A DNA stretch of 64,000 bases from NCBI GenBank assembly GCA_963666275.2, contig CAXXOA010000001.1, forward strand, positions 704,001-768,000. The letters are read 5' to 3'. The notes under the pieces are model-generated. The model had not been told where the DNA came from, ran no database searches, and was given only the letters and a program-made list of their open reading frames with translations. Each line of letters begins with the position of its first letter. Positions within the stretch are counted from its first letter, which is position 1. The translations under genes were made by a program, and so were the position numbers. This DNA is from Oceanispirochaeta sp. Lineage in GTDB: Bacteria > Spirochaetota > Spirochaetia > DSM-2461. This document shows, piece by piece, positions 46,977 to 56,638 of the stretch.

Positions 46977-48653
46977 ATGAAAATGTCTGATATACTTCAG
47001 AAGCTGACACTGGCCGAAGGATGGAACAGGAGTCGTAATCTTTATGGAGAGAAAGCTTTCCTGGGATATGCCGACGGGCAATCAGTCAGTTATGAAGAAT
47101 CCGGTAGGATCATTAGTCTTATACAGCAGTTCCTTGATGAAAAAGGGATAAGACCGGGAGATAAAGTCAGCCTTATCAGCGAAAGCCGCCCCGAGTGGGG
47201 ACTTGTTTATCTGGCACTGACGACCATGGGAGTCGTCGCTGTCCCTGTCATGGTGGATTTCTCAGCAGAACAGATACAGAATATACTCGATCATTCGGAA
47301 GCTTCCTTCCTTTTTGTTTCAGAAAAAGTTCTTGCCAGGATGGGGGAGTCTCCTCTGGTGAAGGATAAAAAGTATGTTCTTCTGAAAGAGCTGTCCCTCC
47401 TTTTCGAACCTGAGTCCAGGGATTTTATCCAGGAGATCCTGGGCGGAGATTCCTCCGGTGTCTCCCGTCTTGATAATCTGGAATTCCCCGAAGAAGATAC
47501 CATGGCGGCAATCCTGTATACTTCAGGGACAACCGGATCCTCCAAAGGGGTCATGCTGTCTCATAAAAATATTACCCATAATGCCATGGTCGGCATTGAT
47601 GTCGGTCACATTCGTCCGGGAGACAGTTTCCTTTCGGTTCTGCCCCTGGCCCATACCTATGAATGTACCATCGGTCTGATCCTTCCCATGCTGTCGGGAG
47701 CAGAAATCCGTTATCTCAAAGGGGCTCCCACACCCCGGATTATGCTCTCCGCCCTTTCTGTTGTCAGACCGACCCATATGCTGACTGTTCCTCTTCTGAT
47801 AGAGAAAATATACCGTTCCAGTATCCTTCCGAAGCTGACCGCTTCTCCGGTGCTGAAAACTCTCTATAATATTCCCTTCACCCGTTTCCTCCTTCACAGA
47901 TTTGTTGCGGGAAAGAAACTGAAAGAGCTTTTCGGAGGAAATATCCGGTTCTTCGGAATCGGCGGGGCTCCCCTGGGGCCGGATGTGGAGAAATTCCTCA
48001 GAGATGCGAAATTTCCCTACTCCATCGGTTACGGCCTGACGGAAACAGCTCCCTGTCTTGCAGGCGCCAAACCGGAAGAAACAGTCTACAGGTCTATCGG
48101 TCCCGCTTTCAGGGATGTGGAACTGAGGATTGCCGATATCAATCCTGAAACAGGTCATGGTGAGGTTCAGGCCAAAGGTCCCAATATCATGTTGGGGTAC
48201 TACAAAGAGCCGAAGAAAACCGCTCAGGTTTTCACGGAAGACGGATGGTTTAAAACAGGAGACCTCGGTTTTCTCAGTAAGCAGGGCGTTCTGTTTATCA
48301 AGGGAAGGCTGAAAAATATGATCCTCGGTCCCAACGGAGAGAATATCTACCCCGAAGAGATCGAAGCTGTGATCAACAGAGATCCTTTTGTTCTGGAATC
48401 GCTCGTGGTCCGAATGGGCAACAGCCTTGTCGCAAGGGTTCAGCTGAACAGTGAAAGGATTGATGAGTTTGTCAATAATCTCAAAGGATCTCCGGAAGAG
48501 CTCATGAGAATGAAGAAGGAAATTCTGGAGTCTATCCGCAAAAAAGCCAATGAAAGTCTGAGTGTTCTTTCCAGGCTGAGCGAGCTGATTGAGCAGGTGG
48601 AACCCTTTGAAAAAACACCATCTTTGAAAATTAAGCGCTTTCTCTACACCTGA
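46977..48653 (+). CDS. Long-chain acyl-CoA synthetase (AMP-binding)
   Basis: YTSGTTGSSKG, GYGLTETAP, WFKTGDLG, GRLKNMI..NGENIYPEEIE. Confidence 0.92.
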   Translation: MKMSDILQKLTLAEGWNRSRNLYGEKAFLGYADGQSVSYEESGRIISLIQQFLDEKGIRPGDKVSLISESRPEWGLVYLALTTMGVVAVPVMVDFSAEQIQNILDHSEASFLFVSEKVLARMGESPLVKDKKYVLLKELSLLFEPESRDFIQEILGGDSSGVSRLDNLEFPEEDTMAAILYTSGTTGSSKGVMLSHKNITHNAMVGIDVGHIRPGDSFLSVLPLAHTYECTIGLILPMLSGAEIRYLKGAPTPRIMLSALSVVRPTHMLTVPLLIEKIYRSSILPKLTASPVLKTLYNIPFTRFLLHRFVAGKKLKELFGGNIRFFGIGGAPLGPDVEKFLRDAKFPYSIGYGLTETAPCLAGAKPEETVYRSIGPAFRDVELRIADINPETGHGEVQAKGPNIMLGYYKEPKKTAQVFTEDGWFKTGDLGFLSKQGVLFIKGRLKNMILGPNGENIYPEEIEAVINRDPFVLESLVVRMGNSLVARVQLNSERIDEFVNNLKGSPEELMRMKKEILESIRKKANESLSVLSRLSELIEQVEPFEKTPSLKIKRFLYT

Positions 48654-48674
48654 TGCCTATGATAGAATACGCTT

Positions 48675-49064
48675 ATGATCGATATAAGTCCCTTTGAAAT
48701 AGCGAATGATACTCTCGCTGATCTCAGATTAAGTGCCCGGATTGAGGAGGTTTCCTCCCGGGAACGTATTATCATTTCTATGGAGGGAGTCCTCAGTCAC
48801 ACCAACACGGCGGAATTTACAGACTGCATTATAGGATTCTTCCAGACCGACTGGAAGGGCGCTGTTATCGTTCTGGAACTGTCCGGGCTTCAGTATATCT
48901 CTTCTAGCGGTATCGGGGCATTTACGACTATCCGCATGCAGGCAGATCTGAAGGACAGCGATCTCTACCTTCTGAATATGAATGCCAAAGTCCGAAAAGT
49001 CTTTGATCAGCTCGGATTTACGGCTTTTTTCAAACTCATCGACAGTTTTGAGGATATTCCGTGA
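48675..49064 (+). CDS. STAS-domain anti-sigma factor antagonist
   Basis: LELSGLQYISSSGIG (phosphorylatable Ser), VRKVFDQLGF. Confidence 0.88.
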   Translation: MIDISPFEIANDTLADLRLSARIEEVSSRERIIISMEGVLSHTNTAEFTDCIIGFFQTDWKGAVIVLELSGLQYISSSGIGAFTTIRMQADLKDSDLYLLNMNAKVRKVFDQLGFTAFFKLIDSFEDIP

Positions 49065-49065
49065 T

Positions 49066-49680
49066 ATGAGTGATTCAGGCGTACCTGAAAGCAAAAACTG
49101 GCGTCATGATATGAGGTCCTCCCTGAACGGGATCATCTGTATGGGGAGTTTGCTTGAAGATACGGATCTGAATGGAGAGCAGCTGGATCTGCTCCGGTAT
49201 ATGATGGAATCCGCCCGGAAAGCTCTGGGAATCCTGGAGGACAAATCCGGTACTGAAACGCTCTCCCAAGGACCTGCGGAAGAAAATTTAACGTCTCTTC
49301 TATCCCCTGAAAAATTTCATGTTCTTGTCGCGGAAGACGATGAAATCAACCGACTCTATCTCACCACAATTCTCAAACGCCAGAACTGGGAGATCTCTCA
49401 GGCTGTCGATGGGTTTCAGGCTGTTGAATCCTGCCGGAGACACTCTTTTAATATTATACTGATGGATGTGAGCATGCCCGGGCTGGATGGCATTCAGGCT
49501 GCCCAGAGAATCCGTGAGGCCGGGATAGAATGCCCGATCATTGTCATTACAGCCCATAGTATACTGGATTTTCAGGAGGATTTTGTGCAGTCCTCCATAG
49601 ATGCGGTCCTCAGGAAACCCTTTGATGAAGAACAGCTTATACAGACCATCGGCAGGCTGACGGATCAGGAAGTCTCCTGA
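49066..49680 (+). CDS. HisKA-like helix pair + receiver domain, with no ATPase domain
   Basis: RHDMRSSLNGII H-box; VLVAEDDEINR, ILMDVSMPGLDG, ITAH, LRKPF. Confidence 0.8.
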   Translation: MSDSGVPESKNWRHDMRSSLNGIICMGSLLEDTDLNGEQLDLLRYMMESARKALGILEDKSGTETLSQGPAEENLTSLLSPEKFHVLVAEDDEINRLYLTTILKRQNWEISQAVDGFQAVESCRRHSFNIILMDVSMPGLDGIQAAQRIREAGIECPIIVITAHSILDFQEDFVQSSIDAVLRKPFDEEQLIQTIGRLTDQEVS

Positions 49681-49682
49681 AT

Positions 49683-49716
49683 AAAAAAAAGGCTCTCACA
49701 ACGTAAGAGCCTTTTT
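49683..49716. terminator. Bidirectional terminator
   Basis: AAAAAAAAGGCTCT-CACAACGTA-AGAGCCTTTTT. Confidence 0.75.
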
Positions 49717-49930
49717 AAAAATGGAGAAAGTAAAATGAAAAATCTTCAACCAGTAATAATCTGTCTTAAAACTTCTGAAGCTTTTAATTAACAAACATCA
49801 GCAACTGGCCTATGTTACAAAAATAATTTGGAAGTGTGTCAATTTCTTGTTTCAGGAATGAATACTTTGTATTTGTTTTTGCCATTCCTGTGTGGACAAG
49901 TTGCTGGAACCTCCAGATCCACCTGTTTTG

Positions 49931-50698
49931 TCAGTACTTCCGGGGGATGAATCTCTGATGTTCCAGGGGGGGGCGTTTGTAATTCCCCTTTGTTTTCGGG
50001 GGGAGTTCAATCTTTTCCCGGGGTATCTCTTCATAGGGGATCAGGGAGAGCAGATGGCTGATACAGTTCAGCCTGGCTTCCTTTTTGCTGTCAGCGGGAA
50101 CGACATACCAGGGAGAGTCCTCGGTGTCGCAAAAGCTGAACATGATGTCCTTGGCCCGGGAGTATTCCTCCCAGAGCTCCCTGGATTTCAGATCCATGGG
50201 ACTTATTTTCCATCTTTTGGTGGGATTATCAATCCGGCTCTGAAATCGCTTTTCCTGCTCCCTGTCAGAGACGGAAAACCAGTATTTTACAAGGATGATT
50301 CCGGACCGGATGAGCATCCTTTCAAACTCCGGACAGGATATGTAGAATTCCTCCCACTGATCGGGAGTTGTGAATCCCATGACTCTGTCCACACCCACAC
50401 AGTTGTACCAGCTTCTGTCAAACAGTACCATTTCACCTTCTGCCGGTAGGTAGGGCACATAACGCTGGAAGTACCACTGGCTTTCCTCTCTGTCGGTCGG
50501 TTTTCCCAGGGCTGCAATATGGCAGAAACGGGGATTCAAAGATTCTGTTATTCTTTTTATAACCCCGCCCTTTCCCGCGGCATCTCTTCCCTCAAACAGA
50601 ACGACAACTTTAAGTTTCCTGTATTTGATCCACTCCTGAAGTTTAACCAGTTCTATCTGCAGACCGGCCAGTTCCTTTTCATAGAGTTTTCTGTTCAT
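49931..50698 (-). CDS. ppk2: Polyphosphate kinase 2
   Basis: FEGRDAAGKGG, LFDRSWYN, KRWKISPMD, PWYVV. Confidence 0.95.
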   Translation of the reverse strand: MNRKLYEKELAGLQIELVKLQEWIKYRKLKVVVLFEGRDAAGKGGVIKRITESLNPRFCHIAALGKPTDREESQWYFQRYVPYLPAEGEMVLFDRSWYNCVGVDRVMGFTTPDQWEEFYISCPEFERMLIRSGIILVKYWFSVSDREQEKRFQSRIDNPTKRWKISPMDLKSRELWEEYSRAKDIMFSFCDTEDSPWYVVPADSKKEARLNCISHLLSLIPYEEIPREKIELPPKTKGNYKRPPLEHQRFIPRKY

Positions 50699-50714
50699 AC
50701 AGTTTCACCTCATT

Positions 50715-51317
50715 TTATAGATTGCGGCCAAGCAGGACCGTTTTAACGAGTCGTCCGGCCAGTTCCCTTGTCTGATTGAGTGTTTCTTTCTGTTCTTTCA
50801 CTTCTCCGGCTTTAAAAGCATGAAGTACCTTCTGATTAAAAACAATCCGGTAACCCAGGGAGGAGAAAGCCGCCTGCATGGCATCTGCTGTAAAACCAAG
50901 GTTGTCTTCAGTGGTCTGCTCGCAGATGGAGATGAGGCCCGCATAACGGGCCGGGCTTCCCTCCAGTTCGCTGACCCAGGCGGATCTGTCGGTTCTGTCA
51001 AAGGACGTGAAGCAGTAGCAGCGGTCTATGAAGCGTTTCATGTCACTGCTCATATTGTAAAAGTAGGTGGGAGAGCCTGCCAGAAGAACTTCTGATTCCC
51101 GTATAAAGCGGTAGGCATCCTGCATGTCGTCCTGAATAATACAGCGGTTGGTTTTCGCACAGCCTTCGCAGCCGCGGCAGCCTTCAAAGTCCATATCCCC
51201 CAGGTAGAGAATCTGCGTTTCAAAGCCTTCGTCTGAGAAAACCTGAAGGGCTTCTTTCAGGAGGTACGCGGTATTCCCGGTTTTCCTCCTGCTGCCGCAG
51301 ACTGCCAGGGCTTTCAT
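50715..51317 (-). CDS. Iron-sulfur flavoprotein / flavodoxin family protein
   Basis: GSRRKTGNT, CRGCEGCAKTNRC, GSPTYF, MKRFIDR. Confidence 0.88.
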   Translation of the reverse strand: MKALAVCGSRRKTGNTAYLLKEALQVFSDEGFETQILYLGDMDFEGCRGCEGCAKTNRCIIQDDMQDAYRFIRESEVLLAGSPTYFYNMSSDMKRFIDRCYCFTSFDRTDRSAWVSELEGSPARYAGLISICEQTTEDNLGFTADAMQAAFSSLGYRIVFNQKVLHAFKAGEVKEQKETLNQTRELAGRLVKTVLLGRNL

Positions 51318-51857
51318 TTATTTGTCCTTTTTACCGTAGAGGACATCTTCCGTCAGATAGCTGTGTTCATGCTGATAGGGCGATTCAATAGTCCCGCTGA
51401 CAAGGACCGGATGAACCGGTATGGACTCAGCTTTCATCAATTCGGCAAGGCGTTTGAGAGAGGATAGGATCATATACTTTTCCCATTCCTGGAGTTTTCC
51501 CAGTTGATCGGTAAACTCCTCCTGCAGAAATGAGGGGTTGGTGGCAAGGATCGTTTCAGCTTTCTCGGTAAGAGTAATATGAACTTTTCTTTTGTCTACG
51601 GAACTTCTTTTCCGGGAGGCGAAGCCCTGCTGTTCCAGCCTGTCCAGAATACTTGTGACAGTGGCCTGTGAGAGGCTGACCTGCTGGGAAATCTTCGATA
51701 TGGGTTTATCGGGATATTTTTTTATCTCTTTCAGAACGATGAGCTGCGGACCTGTGAGGCCGAACTTCTTGGTCAGTTTTTTCGACTGGAGGTCTATGGC
51801 TCTGATTATCTGTCTGAGTGTTGATATTATTTCATCTGCTGTTTCGTTTTTATCCAT
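51318..51857 (-). CDS. MarR family regulator, EctR/CosR-like
   Basis: LRQIIRAIDLQSKKL..FGLTGPQL, SLSQATVTSILDRLE, DKRKV; divergent from a compatible-solute ABC operon. Confidence 0.85.
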   Translation of the reverse strand: MDKNETADEIISTLRQIIRAIDLQSKKLTKKFGLTGPQLIVLKEIKKYPDKPISKISQQVSLSQATVTSILDRLEQQGFASRKRSSVDKRKVHITLTEKAETILATNPSFLQEEFTDQLGKLQEWEKYMILSSLKRLAELMKAESIPVHPVLVSGTIESPYQHEHSYLTEDVLYGKKDK

Positions 51858-52059
51858 GCCCTGTCTCCTATGGGAGAATTTTCCTTACAATAACATTTTT
51901 TCTTCCATAAAGTAAAGAATTCTAATCATTATGGCACTAATTATTATGGCAGGAATGGAAATATACCAGAAAAAATGAAAAAATCTTTTTTAGAACAATC
52001 ATAAAAGAATATGCATGAGAATAGAAGATTAGTGAGAGATTGGAAATGCTTTAATTAAT

Positions 52060-52094
52060 TTGACATAATCCGTTATAAAGATTAGAGTACTAAT
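52060..52094 (+). promoter_or_regulatory. Promoter of the betaine ABC operon with a palindromic operator over the -10
   Basis: TTGACA (52060), 17 bp, TAGAGT; ATTAG-AGTA-CTAAT at 52081-52094. Confidence 0.65.
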
Positions 52095-52123
52095 AAAAGT
52101 ATTCCAAATAAAAAGAGGTTAGT

Positions 52124-53073
52124 ATGCGCAAAATTTTCGTTCTATTAATGGTTATGCTTATGTCCTTGAGTTTTTCCATTTCTGCAGAGGGACAGCAGGA
52201 TAGTGAAGTCACAACAATTGTCTTCGGAGATGTGTCCTGGGACAGTGTTCAGGTCCATAACAGGATTATGGCATTTATCATTGAAAACGGCCTGGAAGGC
52301 TATAAGGCTGACTTTATCGCTGGTGATACCCTGCCCATTGCCAATGGTCTTATCCAGGGGGATGTGGATGTGGATATGGAATCCTGGCACTCAAACTGGC
52401 AGGAAGTTTACGATAAAGCTATCGCTTCGGGAGACATGATCGACCTGGGAAAAAACCTCCCCGACGGTCCACAGGGCTGGTGGATACCCCGTTATGTAGT
52501 AGAAGGACCCGATGCTATGGCTCCGGGACTGAAAACTGTGGCTGATCTTCCAAGTACGCTCATCTTTTCAAAGATCCGGAAGACCCCGATAAGGGTGTTG
52601 TCTACGGTGGAGTGGCCGGCTGGTCACAGATGAAGATTTCTGAAGCCATTTTTGAAGAGAACGGACTCGGTGATACTTTCAATCTTGGCATTGCCGGTTC
52701 CGGTGCAGCTCTTGCCGGTACTATGGTGGGAGCCTATCAGAAGGGCGAAGCCTGGTGCGGCTACTACTGGGCACCTACTGCGGTTCTGGGAAAACTGGAT
52801 ATGATCCGTCTGAAAGGCAGCGAGTATGAACCTGCGGATGTGAACATTCTGATCAACAAAGGGATGCTTGAAAAAGCCCCGGATGTAGTTGAAATCCTGA
52901 AAAAGTATGAGACTTCCGTCGATGATAACAACGAATTCCTTGCCAAAATGGATTCTGAAGACTGGGATACGACTCAGGCTGCCGAATGGTTTCTGAAAAA
53001 CAAAGAACAGGTCTGGACCAAATGGGTCAGCCCCGAAGTTGCCGAGAAAGTCAAAGCGGCTCTACAGGGTTAG
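52124..53073 (+). pseudogene. Glycine betaine/proline ABC substrate-binding protein, frameshifted near 52550 (or a sequencing error)
   Basis: Frame 1 reads ...LKTVADLP; the shifted frame continues KYAHLFKDPEDPDKGVVYGGVAGW...YYWAPT. One base is missing at CTTCCAAG. Confidence 0.8.
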
Positions 53074-53076
53074 TCA

Positions 53077-54336
53077 ATGGCAGAATTAAACCATGAAAAT
53101 GGCCCCTCCGGGGGCCTTTCTGAGTCTGCTGCGGGACCCCAGATTGTTATAAAAGATCTATGGAAAGTCTACGGCAGGGATCCTAAGAGGGTTCTGAAAA
53201 AAGATCTCAGAGAAAAAAGCAAAGAAGAGATCCAGAAAAAAACCGGCTGCATCGTGGGAATGAGAAATATCAATCTCACAGTGGAAAAAGGGCAGTTCTA
53301 TATCCTTATGGGACTTTCAGGGAGCGGAAAGTCCACACTGGTCAGAAATCTGATCCGACTTGTGAATCCCACCTCCGGTACGATAACCATCAATAATGAA
53401 AATATTACCAAAATGAGTCATGACCAGCTGCTGCAGTTCAGACGAAAGACCTTCGGAATGGTTTTTCAGCACTATGGTCTGCTCCCTCATTTAACAGTAT
53501 TGGACAATGCCGCCTATGGTTTGAAAGTCAAAGGCCTGCCCAAGGGGGAGCGCTATGCCAAGGCGATGCAGACTCTGGAAACTGTAGGCCTCAAAGGCTG
53601 GGAGGATTACTATCCGGGATCTCTCAGCGGGGGGATGCAGCAGAGAGTGGGGCTTGCAAGAGCTCTGGCCAATGACCCTGAAATCCTTCTGATGGATGAG
53701 CCCTTCAGCGGGCTGGACCCTCTTATCCGGCGGCAGATGCAGGATGAGCTCGTAGAGCTGCAGGATAAACTTCAGAAAACCATTATTTTTGTTACCCATG
53801 ACCTTCATGAGGCCCTTAAACTGGGTGACAGAATCGCCATCATGCGAAACGGAGAGGTGGTACAGGAGGGAACTCCTGAAGAAATCGTAACCCAGCCGGC
53901 GGATGATTATGTTCAGGAGTTTGTCCGGGATGCCTCTCCGGCTAAAGTTCTGACCGCAGGCAGCATCATGGAACCCCCGAAAGTTCTTCTTTACGGATGG
54001 GAAGGTCCCAAAACAGCATTGACCCTTCTGCGGTCCAATAAACGTAACGCCGCATTTGTGGTAACCAAAGGGCATAAACTTCTGGGGGTCGCCCAGGACA
54101 AGAAACTTGAAAATCTTCTTGAAAAAGGGGAGGCTTCCGGAGGAATCCCTGAGAGTATTCTCAGGAAAGTTCCCACCGTATCGGAAGATACCATTCTGGA
54201 GGATATGTTTTCCATTATTTCCGAGAATCCCTATCCTGTCCCTGTGGTGGATGATACGGGAAAGCTGAAAGGGGTTGTGACTACCGACCATATTTTTGAG
54301 TCCATTTCCCCACTGGAAGGAGATGAGAATGATTGA
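53077..54336 (+). CDS. Glycine betaine/proline ABC ATP-binding protein with CBS domains (ProV/OpuAA-like)
   Basis: [39 protein letters not shown]-terminal CBS pair. Confidence 0.93.
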   Translation: MAELNHENGPSGGLSESAAGPQIVIKDLWKVYGRDPKRVLKKDLREKSKEEIQKKTGCIVGMRNINLTVEKGQFYILMGLSGSGKSTLVRNLIRLVNPTSGTITINNENITKMSHDQLLQFRRKTFGMVFQHYGLLPHLTVLDNAAYGLKVKGLPKGERYAKAMQTLETVGLKGWEDYYPGSLSGGMQQRVGLARALANDPEILLMDEPFSGLDPLIRRQMQDELVELQDKLQKTIIFVTHDLHEALKLGDRIAIMRNGEVVQEGTPEEIVTQPADDYVQEFVRDASPAKVLTAGSIMEPPKVLLYGWEGPKTALTLLRSNKRNAAFVVTKGHKLLGVAQDKKLENLLEKGEASGGIPESILRKVPTVSEDTILEDMFSIISENPYPVPVVDDTGKLKGVVTTDHIFESISPLEGDEND

Positions 54337-55174
54337 ATTTCCTGAAATATTAAATATCCCTCTGGCGGACTGGATCGATGGTGCCATGACCTGGCTTCTG
54401 CAGAATCTGGACGCTTTCTTTGATGCCATAGGGTTTATCATTCTGCAGGTAGTGAACGGCTTCGAGGCTTTTTTCCTCTTTCTGCCCTGGTTCATTCTGA
54501 TTCCCCTGGTAGGGCTTGCAGGATGGAAGCTCATAGGAAAAATCAGGACGGGAATTGTCTTTATGATCCTTATGGTGATCATAGGTTCCTTCGGATACTG
54601 GGAACTGGCTATGAGAACTCTCAGCCTTGTGATCGCTTCGGTTTTCTTCTCTCTGCTTATAGGAATTCCCATGGGAATCAATATGGCGCGGAATGACAGA
54701 ACCCAGATGATCCTGAAACCTGTTCTGGATATGATGCAGACCATGCCGAGTTTTGTCTATCTCATACCGGCTCTTATGTTTTTCGGAATGGGAAAGGTTC
54801 CTGCCATGTTTGCAACAATTATCTATGCTGTTCCTCCTGTGATCCGTCTGACCAATGTGGGGATCAGAACAGTAGATATAGAAGCCGTGGAAGCCTCCAA
54901 AGCCTTTGGAGCCACTCCCCGGCAGGTGCTCTTTGATGTGCAGCTGCCCCTGGCAAAGCCGTCTATCATGGTGGGGATCAACCAGACCACAATGATGGCT
55001 CTGGCTATGGTGGTTATCGGTTCCATGATCGGAGCCAAGGGGCTGGGAATGGAAGTCCTTCTTGCCATCAGCCGAATCGAGGTTGGTCAGGGATTCGAAG
55101 CGGGGATTTCCATTGTTTTCCTGGCGATCATCATTGACCGTATTACCTACTCTTTTTCTGAAAAACACAAATAA
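54329..55174 (+). CDS. Glycine betaine/proline ABC permease (ProW/OpuAB-like)
   Basis: PVLDMMQTMPSFVYLIP, EASKAFGAT, VQLPLA, GINQTTMMALAMVV. Confidence 0.93.
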   Translation: MIEFPEILNIPLADWIDGAMTWLLQNLDAFFDAIGFIILQVVNGFEAFFLFLPWFILIPLVGLAGWKLIGKIRTGIVFMILMVIIGSFGYWELAMRTLSLVIASVFFSLLIGIPMGINMARNDRTQMILKPVLDMMQTMPSFVYLIPALMFFGMGKVPAMFATIIYAVPPVIRLTNVGIRTVDIEAVEASKAFGATPRQVLFDVQLPLAKPSIMVGINQTTMMALAMVVIGSMIGAKGLGMEVLLAISRIEVGQGFEAGISIVFLAIIIDRITYSFSEKHK

Positions 55175-55185
55175 AACAGCAACAT

Positions 55186-55214
55186 TCCCCGGCAGCTGCC
55201 GGGGATCTTTTTTT
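55186..55214 (+). terminator. Intrinsic terminator
   Basis: TCCCCGGCA-GC-TGCCGGGGA followed by TCTTTTTTT. Confidence 0.8.
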
Positions 55215-55264
55215 CTTCTTACCACCGGCATGACAAAATCCTTTTAAGCGAATACAATACTCTG

Positions 55265-56629
55265 ATGCACCTGGGGTTTTCTTTCAGAGGCAGGGAAACA
55301 TTGAAACCGCTGACGCTTATCGCCTTCCCTGTAATGCTTGCCAATATCGTAGAAACTCTTTATAACCTGACGGATACCTGGTTCCTTGGAAAACTGGGGC
55401 CCCGGGAACTGGCGGCACCCTCGGTCTCTTTCAATTTTATTATGCTCATAATGCTGATGGGGACAGGACTTTCCTCTGCGGGGACTACCCTGATTGCCAG
55501 GGCTGTGGGACGCCGGGATCAGGGGAGAGTCAATTTCTATCTGGGACAGCTGACTCTTCTGCTCCTGTTTTTTTCTCTTCTCACAGGCAGTCTGGGGTAC
55601 TTTCTCTCAGACTTTTTTCTGAATCTTATCAATACCCCCGGGGATATGATGGTTCAGACCGGGGACTATCTGAGGATTATCAGCCTGGGGGTTCCCTTTA
55701 TGTATGGTTTTTTTATCCTCCAGGCGACCATGCAGGGGGTGGGAGATACAGCGGTGCCTCTCAGAATTCAGCTTTTTGCCACTGCTGTGAATATTCCCCT
55801 GGATGCCCTGCTCATATTCGGTGCCGGGCCGGTTCCCTCCATGGGGGTTCACGGGGCGGCACTGGCAACGGTGAGCGCCAGGGCCCTGGCCTGTGCCGCC
55901 GGTTTTGTCATTCTTATCAGAGGGAGAAAGGGGGTCCGCCTTCAAAAGCGCTACCTTAGGATTTCCCTCGGGGGGATGAAAAATATACTGAAGATCGGAT
56001 TGCCCTCGGCGGTGAGCCATATGGGATCCTCCCTGGGGTTTACGGTCATGCATGGCATGGTGAATCTCTACGGGACATCTGTTATCGCGGCGTTCGGGGT
56101 TGTCAATAAAGTTCATGCCGTCTTCTATATGCCAGTACAGGGGCTGGCCAAAGGGGTGACCACCATGGTGGGGCAGTCTCTGGGAGCGGAAAACAGGAAC
56201 CGCGCAGTCCAGAGCGTCCATACGGGGATTTTCCTGGCTCTGATATTTATAATCCCCTCAATGGCTTTCTGCTACTGGGGAGGAGAGGGGCTGATAAGAT
56301 TGTTTATTACTGAGCCGGATGTTATTATTCAGGGGGCATATATTTTTAGAATCATATCGCCTTCGGTAGTCATATTTGCTATTTTTATGATATATGTGGG
56401 AGCCTTTCAGGGGGCTGGTGATACCCGTTCCATTATGATCATGCATATGGGGCGTCTCTGGGCTATCCGTCTTCCGATAGCCTGGTTTCTGACGACCCGG
56501 GCCCGGATGGGATCCGAAGGGATATGGTATGCCATGTTCCTGTCCAATCTTATGATAACTCTGATTGGGCATATCCGCTTTCTGCGGGGAAAATGGGTTG
56601 ATGCTCTCAATAACGATAAGGATTTATAG
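55265..56629 (+). CDS. MATE family efflux transporter
   Basis: LYNLTDTWFLGKLG, QGVGDT, NIPLDALLIFG, GVHGAALAT, GAGDT; about 12 TM segments. Confidence 0.92.
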   Translation: MHLGFSFRGRETLKPLTLIAFPVMLANIVETLYNLTDTWFLGKLGPRELAAPSVSFNFIMLIMLMGTGLSSAGTTLIARAVGRRDQGRVNFYLGQLTLLLLFFSLLTGSLGYFLSDFFLNLINTPGDMMVQTGDYLRIISLGVPFMYGFFILQATMQGVGDTAVPLRIQLFATAVNIPLDALLIFGAGPVPSMGVHGAALATVSARALACAAGFVILIRGRKGVRLQKRYLRISLGGMKNILKIGLPSAVSHMGSSLGFTVMHGMVNLYGTSVIAAFGVVNKVHAVFYMPVQGLAKGVTTMVGQSLGAENRNRAVQSVHTGIFLALIFIIPSMAFCYWGGEGLIRLFITEPDVIIQGAYIFRIISPSVVIFAIFMIYVGAFQGAGDTRSIMIMHMGRLWAIRLPIAWFLTTRARMGSEGIWYAMFLSNLMITLIGHIRFLRGKWVDALNNDKDL

Positions 56630-56638
56630 GACCGCTAA

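Noticed and set aside
52540..52560. Programmed ribosomal frameshift or phase variation in the binding-protein gene
   Set aside because: No slippery heptamer or homopolymer tract at the site.
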